64,000 nt of DNA from NCBI RefSeq assembly GCF_009914755.1, contig NC_060937.1. One strand, written 5' to 3'. Below are positions 32,393 to 51,085 of the stretch, piece by piece. The position numbers and the translations under genes are program-made. Every line of letters starts with the position of its first letter. The first letter of the stretch is position 1. The stretch is from the human T2T-CHM13v2.0 reference genome, Homo sapiens. A model generated the notes under the pieces. That model was given only the letters and a program-made list of their open reading frames with translations, ran no database searches and was not told where the DNA came from.

Positions 32393-33141
32393 TAATTAAA
32401 AAGTTCTCAGACTAAAATAAGTTTATAAATTTTGATTATGTTACTGTAATTATGTGCAGATATTAAAAATTGAAATTATTTAATTTTATTATTTAATCCA
32501 AAAAAATTCCAGAAATTCTGTGTAATAGTGACAGCCTATTTATGTATTATCATCAGAGAATGAAGGTTTTCATGAGTGAGTTTGTTGCATGAGAGAACTT
32601 GATCTTTTTAGGTTCTAAAGCTAAACTATTTTACCTGATAGGAATTTTCCAAAATGTACACTGACTTCTATCTTCCTAAACAGCATCCTTCATGACTGTA
32701 CCATTTATGATAATGTCACCAGGAAGTCACTGCTGTTAAACAGCTTTGCCTGCGGAGACAGCAGTCTTCAACTCTACTCTCAATAGTTCCCTTATCAGTA
32801 CTTCTAGGGTTCTGCTTTCATCTTTTTCCTTCTCTTCTCCTGTCAGGCTGTCTGCTGTTGTGTTCCTGGCTGTCAAGTTTGTATACCTTTCACAGCAAGT
32901 TGTTTTCTGCCCTCCCCTCCCCAGCCACCCTCTTCCGACTCCACGTGTTTTGACACTGATGAGTGTTTTCTTTTTCTCCAATGAGGGGTAAGGACTAGAA
33001 AGATTGTTAAAAAAATAAGCATTAGCCAAGCTAGTTCCTGTGACTAGAAGCAAATGTGATGCTTGAACTGACCTTTGTGTTCATTGCTCATTTATTCAGT
33101 AACTTACTGAGTTTCCCTTTTTCACTTAAAAAATATTGGTG

Positions 33142-33772
<631 letters not shown>

Positions 33773-33789
33773 TCACAAAATTTATACCA

Positions 33790-34400
33790 TACTGTTTTCC
33801 ACAGTGACTGCGCCATTTTAGGTTCCCACCTGTAGTGAGCAAGGGGCCAGTCGTCCTTGTTTCCGGTTATCTTTGTTGTCGTTGTTTTGTTTTTTAGAGA
33901 TGGGGTCTCACTATGTTGCCCAGGCTGGTGTCAAACTCCTGAGCTCAAGCGATTCCCCCCACATTGGCCTCCCAAAGTGCTGGGCTACAGGCGTGAGCCG
34001 CTGCCCTGCCGTTGTTTTTATGGTCTCTGGCCTAAGCCTGTGCTTTTGATGTCATATGCAACCCATTGCCAAATCCATTGCCATGGAGCTTTTCCCCTGT
34101 GTTTTTTTCCAAGTGTTTTATGGTTTCAGGTCTTATATTTAGGTTTGATCCATATCGAGTTACTTTTTGTATATGGTGTTAGGTAAGGGTCCAGCTTCAT
34201 TCTTCTGGCTGTGGATATCCAGTTTTCCCAGCACCAGTTGTTGAAAAGACTTTCTTTTCCCCATTGAATGGTCTGGGCACCCTTTTCAAAAATCAGTTGA
34301 CCAAGTATTACAAAGGTTTATTTCTGTGCTCTCTATTTTATTCCCTTGGTGGATGTGTCTGTCTACATGGCAGTACCACACTGATTACTTTCAGCTTTGG
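33790..34400 (-). mobile_element. L1M ORF2/3' fragment with an Alu monomer
   Basis: gtatatggtgttaggtaagggtccagcttcattcttctggctgtggatatccagttttcccagcacc. Confidence 0.8.
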
Positions 34401-35361
34401 AATCAGGGAGTATGTCATCTGCCATTGAATGAGTATCCACTGTGTGCTAGGCCTTGTGGGTGGAGCGGTGACTTGGACATCGTCCCTGCTGGTCCAGTGC
34501 CCTGCCGTCCCCCTGAGTCTTGACTTTATTCTGGATAGTGGAGGTTGGCACAAAAATATCTCCCAGTTAAAGGAATTATAATTCAGTCACCTGACTATTA
34601 CTGACAAGTCAAAAAAAAATGACTCAGTGGGTTTAGTACCAAGGTAGCAGTGTTCCATTTGATGATTCAGCATATAGCAGGTTCTCTTAGTGAACATTTC
34701 TCTTTGTGTATTTGTTTTTCCCCCACATAGCAACGAAGTTAGTTTCTAATGACTTCCATTCTCTACTTTTATCAGAAGCAGATTTCACCTGGAATATTCT
34801 ATAAACCCTTTGAAACCCTCTATTTTAGCCATGGTGTCTTCTAAGCAAAGTAATTTTCTTGAACTTAAATAACAAATTGATAGTTGAATTAACCTTTTAA
34901 AATAAAATGTAAAGTGTAGCTAAGAAATCATTATTTAAAGGTATTCCAACGATAAATTATTTGGGATGGGGCTGGGGAGGTCAGGTATATTGAGGTGTAA
35001 GTTACATATGGTAAAAGTCACCCTTTTAAAGTGAACAATTTGATGAATTTTGAACAACTTCAGTTATGCAACCACCACAACATGATGGATTGTTTTAGTA
35101 AATGTTCTTCTTACCAGGAGTTCATCCTTGTTTAAGTCTGGAGTTTGCCGTGTTAAGGTTGCAGGTGCTTGAAAGTGTAATAAAATTGTAGGTTTTTTAA
35201 TCTTTTTTTTAATCTCTTACTGGAAGGATGAATTATAGTTTAAATAGTAATAATGCATTGTCGTTGTTACACTTACTCTTTAAGTAAGTTAGGTCATTAT
35301 TTTCCGAAATGAATGTAGTAGAATTTCAGAATGGCTTCTGGAACATGTTTCCTGTTAAAAG

Positions 35362-35460
35362 GCCTAGAATATCCTGCAGTGGTAGAGTTTGCTCCATTCC
35401 AGAAGATAGCCAAAAAGAAGCTGAGAAAAAAAGATGCCAAGACTGGAAGCATCGAAGATG
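35362..35460 (+). CDS. UPF3A: UPF3A exon 4 (LEYPAVVEFAPFQKIAKKKLRKKDAKTGSIED), 99-nt cassette exon
   Basis: Weak acceptor tgttaaaag|, donor g|gtgagc; VEFAPFQK motif. Confidence 0.96.
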
Positions 35461-35578
35461 GTGAGCCCTTTCCAAGTGCTACGTTATGAAGCTGCCAAAT
35501 TAAGAACACTGAGCAAATGTAATTCTCCCGTAGTTGGGAAAGATTATATTTATTTTCTTCCTACTTTTTAATGTCTAG

Positions 35579-35689
35579 ATCCAGAATATAAGAAGTTTTT
35601 AGAAACCTACTGTGTGGAGGAAGAGAAGACCAGTGCCAACCCTGAGACTCTGCTGGGGGAGATGGAGGCGAAGACAAGAGAGCTCATTG
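35579..35689 (+). CDS. UPF3A: UPF3A exon 5 (DPEYKKFLETY...TRELI)
   Basis: tctag|..g|gtctgt; DPEYKKFLE motif. Confidence 0.96.
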
Positions 35690-36404
35690 GTCTGTTTTGC
35701 TCATTTCTTCTCTTTTCTTTATTGAGAGATTTACTCGTAGAGGATATACGTTTTTTCTCTTTTTCTTGACTGTGATAACAAGTTGAAACTTGTTACAGGC
35801 TTGACAGAAATGTAGAGTGATTTCCAGTTTTGACAAAAGAATGGCAAGATGGCAGCATGGGAAAATATTTCTGAGCGTTGGTTGATGGAGAGCACGTGAT
35901 TTTTTTAGTTAAGATCATTTTAAGTTATGATGCTTCCGAATGAGCAGTGCAGAAGACACATGAATGGTCTGTTCCTGAGCGTCAGGGAAGGCATGTTGTG
36001 TCACATAGTTGAAGTCAGTGGTCACAGACGGATGCCTCAAGAGCCCATAGGAATGAGATGTTTTGCTTGCGGTGAGGTCATCTTGCTGCTTCAACACAAA
36101 TGCCAGGCTCCCCGAGCCAGGCCAACTTGTGGATAAGCCCAGCCAGAGCACAGAATCGAGTTTAAATCCAGCCTTCCACCCCATGCCCACAAGTGGTGTA
36201 CTTTAGAAATAGTTACTTCCCAGTAGCACCAACATACTTCCCAGTAGCACCAACATGAAAATCAGGCAAACTGTTGTTGTTTAGTCCCAGACACACCTGG
36301 TAGTGTTTCTCTTCTCTGTGGATCTCCTTTCCTCAAAGCCCTGGTTCTTCACCTCTCATCTCTCCCGCCCAGGCTGTGCCCTGCCCACCCATCAAGATGG
36401 ATGT

Positions 36405-36697
<293 letters not shown>

Positions 36698-36881
36698 TTA
36701 TTTTCCTGTCTGTCTCCCACCACATAAACTCCCTTCTTGTTTTGTCTCCCCAGTGGAACTATATTTTCATCTTCATGGTTGTAGAAAAGTTCAGGAATTT
36801 AGTAGATGTTGATTGAATTAATAAAAAAAGATTAATATTACTGAAATAGTCCGTTCACTTTCTTCATTTATCTAGTAATAA

Positions 36882-37163
<282 letters not shown>

Positions 37164-38302
37164 CGTAATAAGGCTTTTGATCACTAAAGTAAACAAAATA
37201 TGCTGAGGCTGCATGCTGCCTGGGCACTGACTCTGGGCCTCAGCATGGGGCCAAGTGGTAAGCAGGTTGCACAAGGCCTCTGCCTACCATCGGGATGACA
37301 GGTTGGAAGCAGGAGCAGGAATAGTCCAACCAGGGCACCTCAGTGTGTAATCACTGCCACTGATGTGACAAAGTGGAATATGGGAGGGAAAGAGGTTGGG
37401 AGACTCCCTCCAAGATAGTGGTGGAGCTGGAGCTGAGACTGGCTGCGGGAGGGAAAGAGGTCAGGAGATGAGCTGAGCCTGGCCGTGCTGAGCAGTGGAG
37501 GAAGGAAGCGCCAGGGGCAGGGCCGGCTGCTGTCGCTTTTCACTGCAGGCGCAGAGTGCAGGCTTGTGGGGTTGGCACACATGGGTGAGGGCAGCGTGGT
37601 TGGAGGTTCAGGGCACTGCAAGACATTTAGATTCATTCCAGGGCAACTGGAAGCCACTGGGGGAGTAGCATGGTCTGATTATTTGTCCCCGTCACTTTGG
37701 TGGTGTCACATGGGATAGACTGTGGATGCCAAGAGATGAGCGTGTGTTTTGGAGGTGGGCTGGACAGGACCGACAGACGGATAGGGTGTGGGAGGTAAGG
37801 GGACAGGAAGAATTAAGACTCCAGTGCTTGGCTTGAACAGATGGGTGGATTGTGGCACCATTATACACAAGGGAACATGAGGGTAGGACAGTATTGGGGG
37901 CAAAGTCGAGATTTCACTTAAGAACTTGATAAATTGAAGAAGAGCTAGAAGCAGCAAATTAGACGTTATTACAGGCCTCATCTCCCTGCCCCTCCCATTT
38001 CCATCTCACTTTGTTTTAAATGTCCCCTTGCAAAGGATCGGTCACTTTAGGGCTGTTTTGAGACATACCTTTTTGGGGCAGACACGTGGCTCCTGCCGGG
38101 GTGGGGAGAGGGGGGCATGTCCTGGCACCTCCCCGAGAGTCTGCTGCACAGCCAATGCTTCACAAAAGTTGGCTGAATGAATGAATGAATGTGGCTTAGA
38201 ACCCACCATCCCTGATGGGAGCGATTAATTCATTCCAGGACTTGGCTGTAGAGTCTTCCTTGTTTCTGTGATTGCTGTTTCTATGTATGAAAAATTGAAA
38301 CT

Positions 38303-38603
<301 letters not shown>

Positions 38604-39728
38604 TTAGGCAATTCATGGCAGATTACCTTTTTCTTTTCTAAGCTTTTGGCCTCCAGTGGATTCTTCTGCACAGGTCTGAGAAGCAAGTGTTAAATGGAAA
38701 TACTAATAAGCTGTTTCTGGCAAGGACTCTGGAGTTGTTGAGTTAGTCTGGTGCATCGGCCTTTAGCATCGGCCTTTAGAGCAGACAGGCCTGGGTTCAG
38801 CTCTGAGACTTCTGTTTACTTGTGTTCTGTTGCATGGTTGTGCGTATTCTGTCTGATAAATAACATACTTTTATGATGTGTAGAACACTTTCTTATTCAG
38901 GGTCTAACGTACTTTGCCCGTGATCCCTGTGGGTGATAGGGCAGACATTTTATAGGAAGAGGAAGGTGGGCAAGCGGAGTCTGGGGTCAGCCTCCCCACA
39001 CATCCAGGTGGTCTCGCCCGGCTCCTGGCTGACAAGTTCAGGCTTTCCACAGAGCAGAGCAGAACCCTGGCTGATTTGAGATAATTTGCCCATTACAAAG
39101 AGCTGACCATTTACCTGAGCCAGTGTGCTGTACTCACCCTGAGCCAGAGTTCATGGTCAGCCCAGGGACCCCTGGGGGAGTGTTCTCTGTGGCAACTGTG
39201 TCTGCCACGAAATGTGGCATTTGTACCTGCATCAGCTCTTCCCTACAACCACTGTGCCTGGGGCAGGGCTCCTGGGACAATCGGCTCTTCCCTACAACCA
39301 CAGACTGTCCCTGGGGAAGGGCTTCTGGGACAGGTGCCATTTCATCTATGATGTCAGGGTGTCAGGGGTTCTCAGTTCCAAGTGATGGATCCCTGGCCAG
39401 GGCTTCTCCTATGATTCCTGATTCATTCCTGGTCCTCAGAATTCCAGAGATGATGTGTCAGTTTTCAGGTACATCCAGGGATTCTTCCCAGCCCTGTTTA
39501 GTCTGAGATCTTACAGACCCACAGAGTAGACCCCGTCTTCCCCCTTCCCATTTGTGTCCTTGTGTTGGTGGGATGTGGGGCCTGTCCATGTCAGCGCAAG
39601 TCCCTCTGAGGTGGGGCCTGTGGGGCCTCTAGCTTGCCTGGGCACCCACATCCAGGTCAGATCTGAGAGGTCGGGCATGAAAGCGAAGGACCAAGATAGA
39701 GTCTGTAGAAATGTTCATTCCCTAGTAG

Positions 39729-40093
<365 letters not shown>

Positions 40094-40547
40094 CATGTGG
40101 AGTCATTTTCTAAACTACAATCCAGAGTTGTATGTCTTATCATTGGGATTTTATGGAGTATATATTGTAAGACATTACAAGAATCCATGTTATTTTAAAA
40201 CTGTTGCTTGGAGAACGGAAAACGAAAAAGTTCTCAGAATATGCGATGTATCAAAATAAATATATGTTATTTAATGATTTAAGGCACCTACAAAAATATC
40301 ATCTTGGAATATTTTAAGCCTCCCTTAAGAATCAGGAATTAGATGTCTACTATGTATGAAATTGTTGATACTTTCAAATTACTTGACCTGACAGTAATGG
40401 AATAAAAACTCCCCTGGAGACAGTGTGTAAATTTAAAAAGTAATGATATGGTTCCCGTATTTATTTTAAAGATTACATTCAAAACAAGTATTTAAAATAC
40501 ATCTTTCTTTAGGAGTTAAATACAATATTACAATTTTTGTGTTTTAG

Positions 40548-40603
40548 CTAGAAGAACCACACCTCTTTTGGAATATATTAAAAATAGAAAATTAGAAAAG
40601 CAG
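40548..40603 (+). CDS. UPF3A: UPF3A exon 6 (RRTTPLLEYIKNRKLEKQ)
   Basis: ttttag|..cag|gtaggt; TTPLLEY motif. Confidence 0.96.
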
Positions 40604-40692
40604 GTAGGTCTGGCCTTTACCTGATGAACACCCTCCCTGCTTCTGCCATTCTCATCCAGGCAGTTTATACACACGCTCTTCCATGTCTTTAG

Positions 40693-40851
40693 AGAATTCG
40701 AGAAGAGAAGCGAGAAGAACGGAGGAGGAGAGAGTTAGAAAAGAAACGTTTGCGGGAAGAGGAAAAAAGAAGAAGAAGAGAAGAAGAAAGATGCAAAAAA
40801 AAAGAGACAGATAAACAGAAGAAAATTGCAGAGAAAGAAGTAAGGATTAAG
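40693..40851 (+). CDS. UPF3A: UPF3A exon 7 (R/E/K-rich helix)
   Basis: tttag|..aag|gtaatt, 159 nt. Confidence 0.96.
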
Positions 40852-41149
40852 GTAATTCTGAGGAAACATTTCCTTTTTCCAAAAATAGCTCTGCTATAGT
40901 AATTACACTTTTTACATATCTTAGTTCTTTAGAATTTTGAAAACATTCTGAATTAATCTAATATTGTGTTGTTATTTTTTTCCATCTTTTCCATCTTTCT
41001 TTCCATCCTACAGCAGTGGTTATCACAGTGCGTCCTGAGCCCTGGGAGTCCTCAGGCTGCTGTTGGGTGCCTGTCCTCCTGGGTGTGCAGTGGGGAGCAC
41101 ACCCCACAGGAGCCCCACGCTGGCACACGTTGGGCTGCTGCTGACGCTC

Positions 41150-41850
41150 TTTTTTTTTTTTTTTTTTTTAAACTTTCCAACTTTCATTTTCGGCTCAAGG
41201 CGTACATGTGCAGGTGTGTTACATGTTCATTGTCAGCTCAACGCGTACACGTGCAGGTGTGTTACGTGTTCATTTTCGACTCAAGGCGTACACGTGCAGA
41301 TGTGTCACATGTTCATTTTCAGCTCAAGGCGTACACGTGCAGGTGTGTTACGTGTTCATTTTCGACTCAAGGCGTACACGTGCAGATGTGTCACATGTTC
41401 ATTTTCGGCTCAAGGCGTACACGTGCAGGTGTGTTACGTGTTCATTTTCGGCTCAAGGCTTACACGTGCAGGTGTGCCACATGTTCATTTTCGGTTCAAG
41501 GCGTACACGTGCAGGTGTGTTACGTGTTCATTTTCGGCTCAAGGCGTACACGTGCAGGTGTGCCACATGTTTATTTTCGGTTCAAGGCGTACACGTGCAG
41601 GTGTGTTACGTGTTCATTTTCGGCTCAAGGCGTACACGTGCAGGTGTGTTACGTGTTCATTTTCGGTTCAAGGCGTACACGTGCAGGTGTGTTACGTGTT
41701 CATTTTCGGCTCAAGGCGTACACGTGCAGGTGTGTCACATGGGTAAATCAAGTGTCACTGGGGTTTGGTGTGCAGATAATTTTGTTGCCCAGGTAATCAG
41801 CACAGTACCTGATGTTTTTCAGTCTTCACCCTCCTCCCATTCTCCACCCT
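41150..41850 (-). mobile_element. 3' end of an old L1PA (PA13-16-like) hosting a minisatellite
   Basis: Poly-T, then gtacatgtgcagg..acatgggtaaat..tgtcactggggtttggtgt..cccaggtaatcagcacagtacc. Confidence 0.75.
41183..41741. repeat. 43-bp minisatellite, about 13 copies
   Basis: Unit TTCATTTTCGGCTCAAGGCGTACACGTGCAGGTGTGTTACGTG at 41226, 41269, 41312 and onward. Confidence 0.97.
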
Positions 41851-41880
41851 CTACATTTTCCTTTAAAAAAAAGTTTTCCT

Positions 41881-44242
<2,362 letters not shown>

Positions 44243-44361
44243 CTAAGCAGTGAGCTTATGTGTGGCCACATGGGTGAACACACACAGGCGAGGGCTGGGA
44301 GGGAGCACAGCTGCCCATGCGCTCCGCTTGGCCTCCGGAAGCCTTGCAGGGCGTGGCAGAG

Positions 44362-44499
44362 CTGGCCTGCTCCCCAGCTCGTCTCCAGCAGCTCTGGCCT
44401 GCTCCCCAGCTCGTCTCCAGCGGCTCTGGCGTGCTCCCCAGCTCGTCTCCAGCGGCTCTGGCGTGCTCCCCAGCTCGTCTCCAGCGGCTCTGGCCTGCT
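44362..44499. repeat. 32-bp GC-rich minisatellite, about 4.3 copies
   Basis: CTGGCSTGCTCCCCAGCTCGTCTCCAGCRGCT repeated. Confidence 0.95.
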
Positions 44500-44874
44500 G
44501 GTTTCTCATGAATGCACCAGCGGATTCCACCTCAGGACTCCGCACGTTTCCCTCCACAGGGACTTCCCCAGATGTGCCCGTGGCTCCTTCTTGGCATCTG
44601 GTCTTAGTTCCCGTCTTGGCTCTGCAGAGAGCCCTCCTGGACCCTCCTCTTCCTGCGTCTCTGATGCTTTACTCTCCCTTCATGTCTGTTCGTAGCTTTT
44701 GATGCTACCTGAGGTTATCTTATTCCTTTGTTTCCTTTTTCATATTTTTGCCACTGTTCACAGCATTCCCCCTTGACCACCGTTGCCTCAGGTGGTGCAT
44801 CAGGCGCAAGTTCCTTCGAGGCAGGGGCACCTCTTGTCTCATTCACAGCCATTCCCTAGTGCCTAGCACAGGGT

Positions 44875-45892
44875 CTTAGGCCCTGGTTCCTGCACACAGC
44901 TCCTCAGACCTCGGGAATCTGCAGTAATATGAGTGTCTTATATGCCAATGAGAGGACTAGGGGCTGGGGGCCCCAGGCAGCTTCAGGATGGGGACTAGTT
45001 GGCCAGAAAGCCAAGGCAGGACTAGAGGGTTGGGACTTTCAGTCCCACCCTAGCCTCCGAGAGGGCAGAGGGCCTAGAGAGAGGTCACCGGTGGCCAGTG
45101 ACTTAATCAGTCACACCTACATAATGAAACCTTAATAATGCCTAAAGACAGGGCTTCCAGGGGCCAGGCACAGTGGCTCACGCCTGTAATCCCAGCTCTT
45201 TGGGGGGCCAAGGCAGGTGGATCCCGAGGTCAGGAGTTTGAGACCAGCCTGGCTAATATGGTGAAACCCCGTCTCTACTAAAAATACAAAAATTAGCCAG
45301 GCATGGTGGCACATGCCTGTAGTCCCAGTTACTCAGGAGGCTGAGGCAGAAGAATCGCTTGAACCCAGGAGGCGAAGGTACAGTGAGCCGAGATCGCGTC
45401 ACTGCAGTCTAGCTTGGGTGACAGAGCAAGACTCCATCTCAAAAAAAATAAAAAAAATAGACGGGCCTTCCGGGTTGGTGAGCACATCAAGGTGCTGGGA
45501 GGGTTACTGCATGGAAGCTCCAAGTACCACTACACCATACCCCATACCCACCTTGTGCATTTTTTCCGTTTGGCTGTTCTGGGTTGTATCCTTTATGATT
45601 AGCCAATAATCGAGAAAACAGTGCCTTTCTGAGTTCTGTGAGCCATTTCAGCAACTTACCAAATCTGAGGAGAGGCCATCGGGAACCCCTGAATTTATTG
45701 CTGACTGGTCAGAAGTACCGGTGACACACTGGGACTTGGAACTGTCGTCTGAAAGGGGGGCAGTCTTGTGGGACTGAGCCCTTGACCCGTGGGTTCTGGT
45801 GCTAACTCCAGGTCGATGATCTCAGAGTTGAGTTGAATGTGGAGCACGCAGCTGGTGTCGGAGGGGTGGTATTGAAAAAGACGTGCAGTGTC
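44875..45892 (+). mobile_element. MER21-type LTR interrupted by an Alu (45162-45457)
   Basis: gcttcaggatggggact..actagagggttgggactttcag; tgagttctgtgagccattt..gcagtcttgtgggactgagccctt. Confidence 0.75.
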
Positions 45893-46580
45893 AGAAATGT
45901 AAGAACAGTTCCTAGGCACACAGAATATTTGTTGAATGGGTGGATGGAGATTTGCACTTCCTATGGTTCACATTTATTACAGACATGTTACTGTTGCAAT
46001 TTTTATAAAAGATGGGCAGTTACCAGAAAGGAAATGTTTAAGTTCCCAGATTCCACATAGGCAGAATAAGAGGATGTTCACAGCTGACATGGGGCCCACG
46101 CTTGATGAGAAGCGGCTTCCAATGCTCCACCTTGCATGATGCGTTGTGTTCCCAAGTGAACACGTGTGATTGAATGCATCTGTGTATGGTCTTGCTATGC
46201 TGCAATTATGAGTGAGAACAGAATTCTCAGATGTACACCTTCCATTTCTGTTCTACAAATGATCTGTCTGTGGTGCTTCCGTTTTTTTTTTTTTTCTCCC
46301 TTTTCTCAAGTTAGCTGAGGTGCTTTAGTTTCAAAAACTATACAGAGAGCAGGGAGAAAGGCCAGGGGCATACAGGGCAGATGAAATATGTCGTGGCGAC
46401 TTGTTCATTAATTCTGTTTCAGGAAAGAGAATAATCAGTGTTTTGAAAACTATAAACTATTCTAAAAATCATCAGTAGGAAGCAGCCTTTTAAAAATTTT
46501 TTTTTCCTTATTACAAAACTAATACTTGTCTATGTCAGGAAAACTAGACCCTATAGATGAAAGGAAATAAAGTCATTTCA

Positions 46581-47605
<1,025 letters not shown>

Positions 47606-47898
47606 AAAAGTGTAAGTGAGATTGTGGTGCATGTTCTGTTTTTTAGCCCTTTATTCATTACGTGAACATCTTTGCATCACATTAACCTACCTTACTTTTC
47701 ATGACTAAAAAATATTTCATTCACTGAATGTTCCACCACGTATTAAACCAAAAACCTCATTTTTGGACCTTTAGCTTTAATTCTTTGCTGTGCAAACATT
47801 TGGCTTCAATATTGGGGTATATTTGTAATTATTTATTTAACAGCTTCTTTTAAAATATGCTCTCAAGGTGATACTTTACTAACATTGTAATTTCTCAG

Positions 47899-48059
47899 CT
47901 TCTTAAGAAACCAGAAAAGGGAGAGGAACCAACCACAGAGAAACCAAAAGAAAGAGGAGAGGAGATTGATACTGGAGGTGGCAAGCAGGAATCCTGTGCC
48001 CCCGGTGCAGTCGTAAAAGCCAGGCCCATGGAAGGCTCGCTGGAGGAGCCCCAGGAGAC
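47899..48059 (+). CDS. UPF3A: UPF3A exon 8 (LLKKPEKGEEPTTEK...EEPQET)
   Basis: tttctcag|..ac|gtgagc, 161 nt. Confidence 0.96.
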
Positions 48060-49305
48060 GTGAGCATGCTTTCATTGTTATGACCACGTCAGCTCCCAGT
48101 CATGGTGACGTAGGCTTTGTCAGTACGAGTATGCCTATTTCACACTGTTCTTGGAATCCAAGACTTTCCAGGGTGTGCGAGTACACGTTAGCCTTCATTT
48201 CCCATCAGCATGGCAGGAACGTAGTGAACTCGTCTTGTCTGCAGTCTCAAGTCTGTCTTCAGATCGGGAGTTTCTTCCTGTTGTTTGCTTTGCTTTTGCC
48301 TCCATGTCCTCCTTTTACTCCTGAGCCGCCTCCTGGATTCCTGCTGTTGCATGTCAGGTCTTCAGGATCTGTCTTCCCAGTCTTTCTTTTTGTTTTTTGT
48401 TTTTTATTTTTCTCTGTGTTTGTGATATCTTGCCCTTTGCTCTTTTATCCCCCTTGCAATTTATCTACAGAATTGCATATTTGGGAACCCCCTCTTTTAG
48501 GTCTGGCAGATCTTTTGTGATAGAGAAACAGAATTTTAAGTGCTGTGATCCTTTGGTTGAAGCTGTCCCTGGCTCCTCTGGCTGTGGATCTTGACCAGCA
48601 GCTTTGGCTGTGCACTGTGGGTCCTCCCTTTTTCTTTTCCTTTGCTGCATATGACAGTGCAGCTCTATGGAGGGAGCTCATCTGCGAAAGGGACAGACAC
48701 AGCATTATCTGCCCGGTGGGCCAGAGAGACCAGCCAGATGCCAGTCAGGAGGGATCCTGTCCCTCTTGCTCCTGGCATCCACCATCCTCAGGGCCCCAGG
48801 CACCTGGGCTTACCTTCCCCTCCGGGACTCCTGCCCACTCACTGCCTCTCGCCACCCACAGTCTCCTGGTGCCCAGGGCCACTTGGCCCACAGGGGATGA
48901 TGGACGTGGATTTTAGGTGGGAAGACTAATGCGATTAGGCTGCCGGCTTCCCAGAGCCATAGTCGTAGGTGTGATTTCTCACTGCCTTTCGTTCAGAGTT
49001 GATGAAGTATTTTTTCTACTTCTTGGGAGTTTTGGTTTATTGCTTTGTTTATAAAATTTATATATGATTATCAAATCCATGATTGTGAAGCACTGTGATG
49101 ATGTTACCGGTGTTGTTACTGTGACAGTTGATGACACAGCAGGACCTACTGCCACGTGTCTGCTGTGAATTCATACTTGGTTACAGATCCTTATGGTCCC
49201 CAACAGCCCTGGCAAATGAGCGAAGCAGCCATTTATTTACTATTCATTTAATATTCTGATAAATGCATAAAGATAATTAATCTGCCATTATTAAATGTCA
49301 GTTAA

Positions 49306-50172
<867 letters not shown>

Positions 50173-50239
50173 AAAAGAAGGTATTTACTTTGGAGGGTTA
50201 TTGAGAATTAGAAAATATGTATAAAAAGTACCTTAGCAT

Positions 50240-50539
50240 GGCCAGGCATGGTGGCTCACACCTGTAATCCCAGCACTTTGGGAGGCCAAGATGGGCATAT
50301 CATAAGGTCAGGAGATCGAGACCATCCTAACTAACACAGTGAAACCCCGTCTCTACTAAAAATACACAAAAAATTAGCCGGGCGTGGTCGCGGGCACCTG
50401 TAGTCCCAGCTACTCGGGAGGCTGAGGCAGGAGGATGGTGTGAACCCAGGAGGCGGAGCTTTCAGTGAGCTGAGATCCCGCCATTTTACTCCAGCCTGGG
50501 CAACAGAGCGAGACTCCATCTCAGAAAAAAAAAAAAAAA
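50240..50539 (+). mobile_element. AluY
   Basis: Full Alu; aaaaagtaccttag TSD. Confidence 0.95.
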
Positions 50540-50790
50540 GTACCTTAGTATAAGGCATATTGCCTATCTGTCACTCAACTGAAATGACAGATACTATTAC
50601 TATGATTTATTCCTCTTTGTAGTGGTTTTTATCAACGCCTGCTGTGTGCCCATCGCAGTGCAGCCTCAGCAGTGCAGCGCTGAGCACTTCGCATGGGTCC
50701 CTGTTGTCTGGGAACCTGTGGTCTAGAAAGGAGGGTGGGCAGCCAACCGGCGGTTTACTGCAGTTGCTGATCATTTGTGTTGAATCATAG

Positions 50791-51085
50791 GTCACACAGC
50801 GGCAGTGATAAAGAGCACAGGGATGTGGAGAGATCTCAAGAACAAGAATCTGAAGCACAAAGATACCATGTGGATGACGGCAGGAGGCACAGAGCTCACC
50901 ACGAGCCTGAACGGCTTTCCAGAAGGAGTGAGGATGAGCAGAGATGGGGGAAAGGACCTGGCCAAGACAGAGGGAAGAAGGGGAGCCAGGACAGCGGGGC
51001 TCCGGGGGAGGCCATGGAGAGACTGGGAAGAGCGCAGAGGTGTGACGACAGTCCAGCACCCAGAAAAGAGCGACTGGCAAACAAG
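50791..51085 (+). CDS. UPF3A: UPF3A exon 9 (SHSGSDKEHRD...RKERLANK)
   Basis: catag|..aag|gttttt, 295 nt, in phase with exons 8 and 10. Confidence 0.95.
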
